Below are positions 63,041-64,000 of a stretch of DNA of 64,000 nt, in pieces. The DNA lies in IMG/VR virus record IMGVR_UViG_3300025009_000076, positions 1 through 64,000 of that record; one strand, given 5' to 3'. The translations under genes and the position numbers were made by a program. This DNA comes from an uncultured virus (IMG/VR IMGVR_UViG_3300025009_000076). Its lineage: Duplodnaviria; Heunggongvirae; Uroviricota; Caudoviricetes. How positions within the stretch are numbered: the first letter of the stretch is position 1; each line of letters begins with the position of its first letter. The notes under the pieces are model-generated. The model was not told the DNA's origin. It worked only from the letters and a program-made list of their open reading frames with translations, and did no database searches.

Positions 63041-63199
63041 ATGGAATTAGGTGATAAAGTTAAAATCAGAAATGGTATGCTTAGAGGAGTAATTGTCGAG
63101 ATACAAAAATCCATGAAAGGTAGAAAGATATTTGTAGTTCAAATTACTAAAAATGTTAGTAATGGATATTGGGAAGAGGAATTAGAGAAAATTATTTGA
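63041..63199 (+). CDS. 52 aa SH3/KOW-like protein (not in track)
   Basis: MELGDKVKI...GVIVEI...W.EEELE; SD GAAAGG. Confidence 0.55.
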   Translation: MELGDKVKIRNGMLRGVIVEIQKSMKGRKIFVVQITKNVSNGYWEEELEKII

Positions 63200-63307
63200 C
63201 CCAACGAAACTATTAATTTATACCATATTATGGATTTAGAAACCCTTATAACAGTAGTGTTTCAGGGTTTGACGAATTTAAAAATTAGAAGAAAGAAGGA
63301 AATTATT

Positions 63308-63619
63308 ATGAAAAAGTCAGATTTGAAAACGGGAATGAGATTTAAAACTAGAGATGGCGAATTATATTTGGTTTTAAAAGATTGTGAAACATATTTAGGA
63401 AATCACACTTGTTTTGTAAATTTTAATGGAAGAGGATTTAATTTTGATGATAATTATACCGAGGAATTAACACTTGTACAACTAAATGAAGTAGAAGAAG
63501 ATGGTTATGGCGATGTCATGGAAATTTATACTACGGAAAGAGGATTTGTTAATGGTTGCACATTAGATCCTAAAGATTTAAAGTTAATTTGGAAAAGAAA
63601 TGAAGCTGAATCTAAGTAG
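63308..63619 (+). CDS. Hypothetical protein
   Basis: MKKSDLKTGM...LIWKR; SD GAAGG. Confidence 0.7.
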   Translation: MKKSDLKTGMRFKTRDGELYLVLKDCETYLGNHTCFVNFNGRGFNFDDNYTEELTLVQLNEVEEDGYGDVMEIYTTERGFVNGCTLDPKDLKLIWKRNEAESK

Positions 63620-63669
63620 CACGAAAAGCAAGTTTAATTGATTTAAAACAAGAAAGGAAATGATAAATT

Positions 63670-64000
63670 ATGAAAACTATTTTAAAAGAAGGAACAGATT
63701 TTAAATGGATTAAGGTAAAAAATAGGCATGGTTATGAATTCCCTTGTCCTAAGTTATTAGATGGGAATAAATTACTACGTATAAGTGATCCATCTTTTAA
63801 TTCAGTGGTTTATCACAGAGATAATGAAAATACACTAAAATTGGTATTGATTAAAAATGGACAATATGAAGTCAATGGAAGACTATCAAACTTTTGGTAT
63901 TGGTACGAATTAGATGAAAATCTTCAAATAACAGAAGAGAAAAATGGTTATGGTAATTTCTTCGAACCTTTAAAACCTTTTGATGTTAAAATTAAATATG
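63670..64000 (+). CDS. Hypothetical protein, runs off window
   Basis: SD GAAAGG, open frame to the end. Confidence 0.6.
   Translation, partial: MKTILKEGTDFKWIKVKNRHGYEFPCPKLLDGNKLLRISDPSFNSVVYHRDNENTLKLVLIKNGQYEVNGRLSNFWYWYELDENLQITEEKNGYGNFFEPLKPFDVKIKY

Larger units (their letters stand above)
47757..63270 (+). repeat. Dispersed family of intergenic hairpins with ATAACA loop
   Basis: About 15 copies; see findings for coordinates. Confidence 0.8.

Noticed and set aside
32262..63114. Minus-strand or alternate-frame track ORFs in the centre and right arm (e.g. 32262, 36183, 40971, 41836, 42368, 44328, 50519, 51797, 53326, 54296, 54898, 59124, 59516, 60235, 62842)
   Set aside because: Overlap better-supported genes or lack translation signals.
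47757..63270. Hairpins as integron attC sites or CRISPR repeats
   Set aside because: No consistent RYYYAAC/GTTRRRY ends, no integrase or cas gene, no constant-length repeat-spacer pattern; G.U pairing favours sense RNA.
1..64000. tRNA, rRNA, tmRNA genes, IS elements, integrase/att sites
   Set aside because: None recognised by eye; tRNAscan/ARAGORN would be needed to exclude them formally.

Overview
AT-rich 64 kb segment of a large SPbeta-like Firmicutes (probably clostridial-type) phage or prophage. It has two divergent arms separated by a ~2.3 kb non-coding region (31.56-33.85 kb) with a sharp strand-composition switch. The left arm (minus strand) carries a PAPS-reductase-family gene, two SF2-type helicases and a YonO-like single-subunit RNA polymerase split in its catalytic DxDGD motif by a group I intron with a GIY-YIG homing endonuclease. 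It continues with PIN-PhoH, HU (YonN-like), YonK-like, YonJ-like phosphoesterase, ClpP-like protease, antirepressor and free-standing endonuclease genes, running towards the packaging genes. The right arm (plus strand) is an early/host-takeover region. From 33.8 to 46.7 kb it is an array of sigmaA promoter-small gene-terminator cassettes. From 46.8 to 64 kb it is a long gene run that starts with a ~550 nt structured leader containing rrn-type boxA motifs. In that run about 15 intergenic hairpins with variable stems but a conserved AUAACA loop sit just upstream of ribosome-binding sites; this is the best candidate for an undescribed RNA-based regulatory system. The run also encodes a DUF262 protein, an ArdC-like protein and a DarB-like methyltransferase-helicase. 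Other notable points are ATT/ATC/ATA start codons (including the RNA polymerase) and two further unidentified candidate ncRNAs. All family assignments come from motif recognition by eye; no database searches were run.
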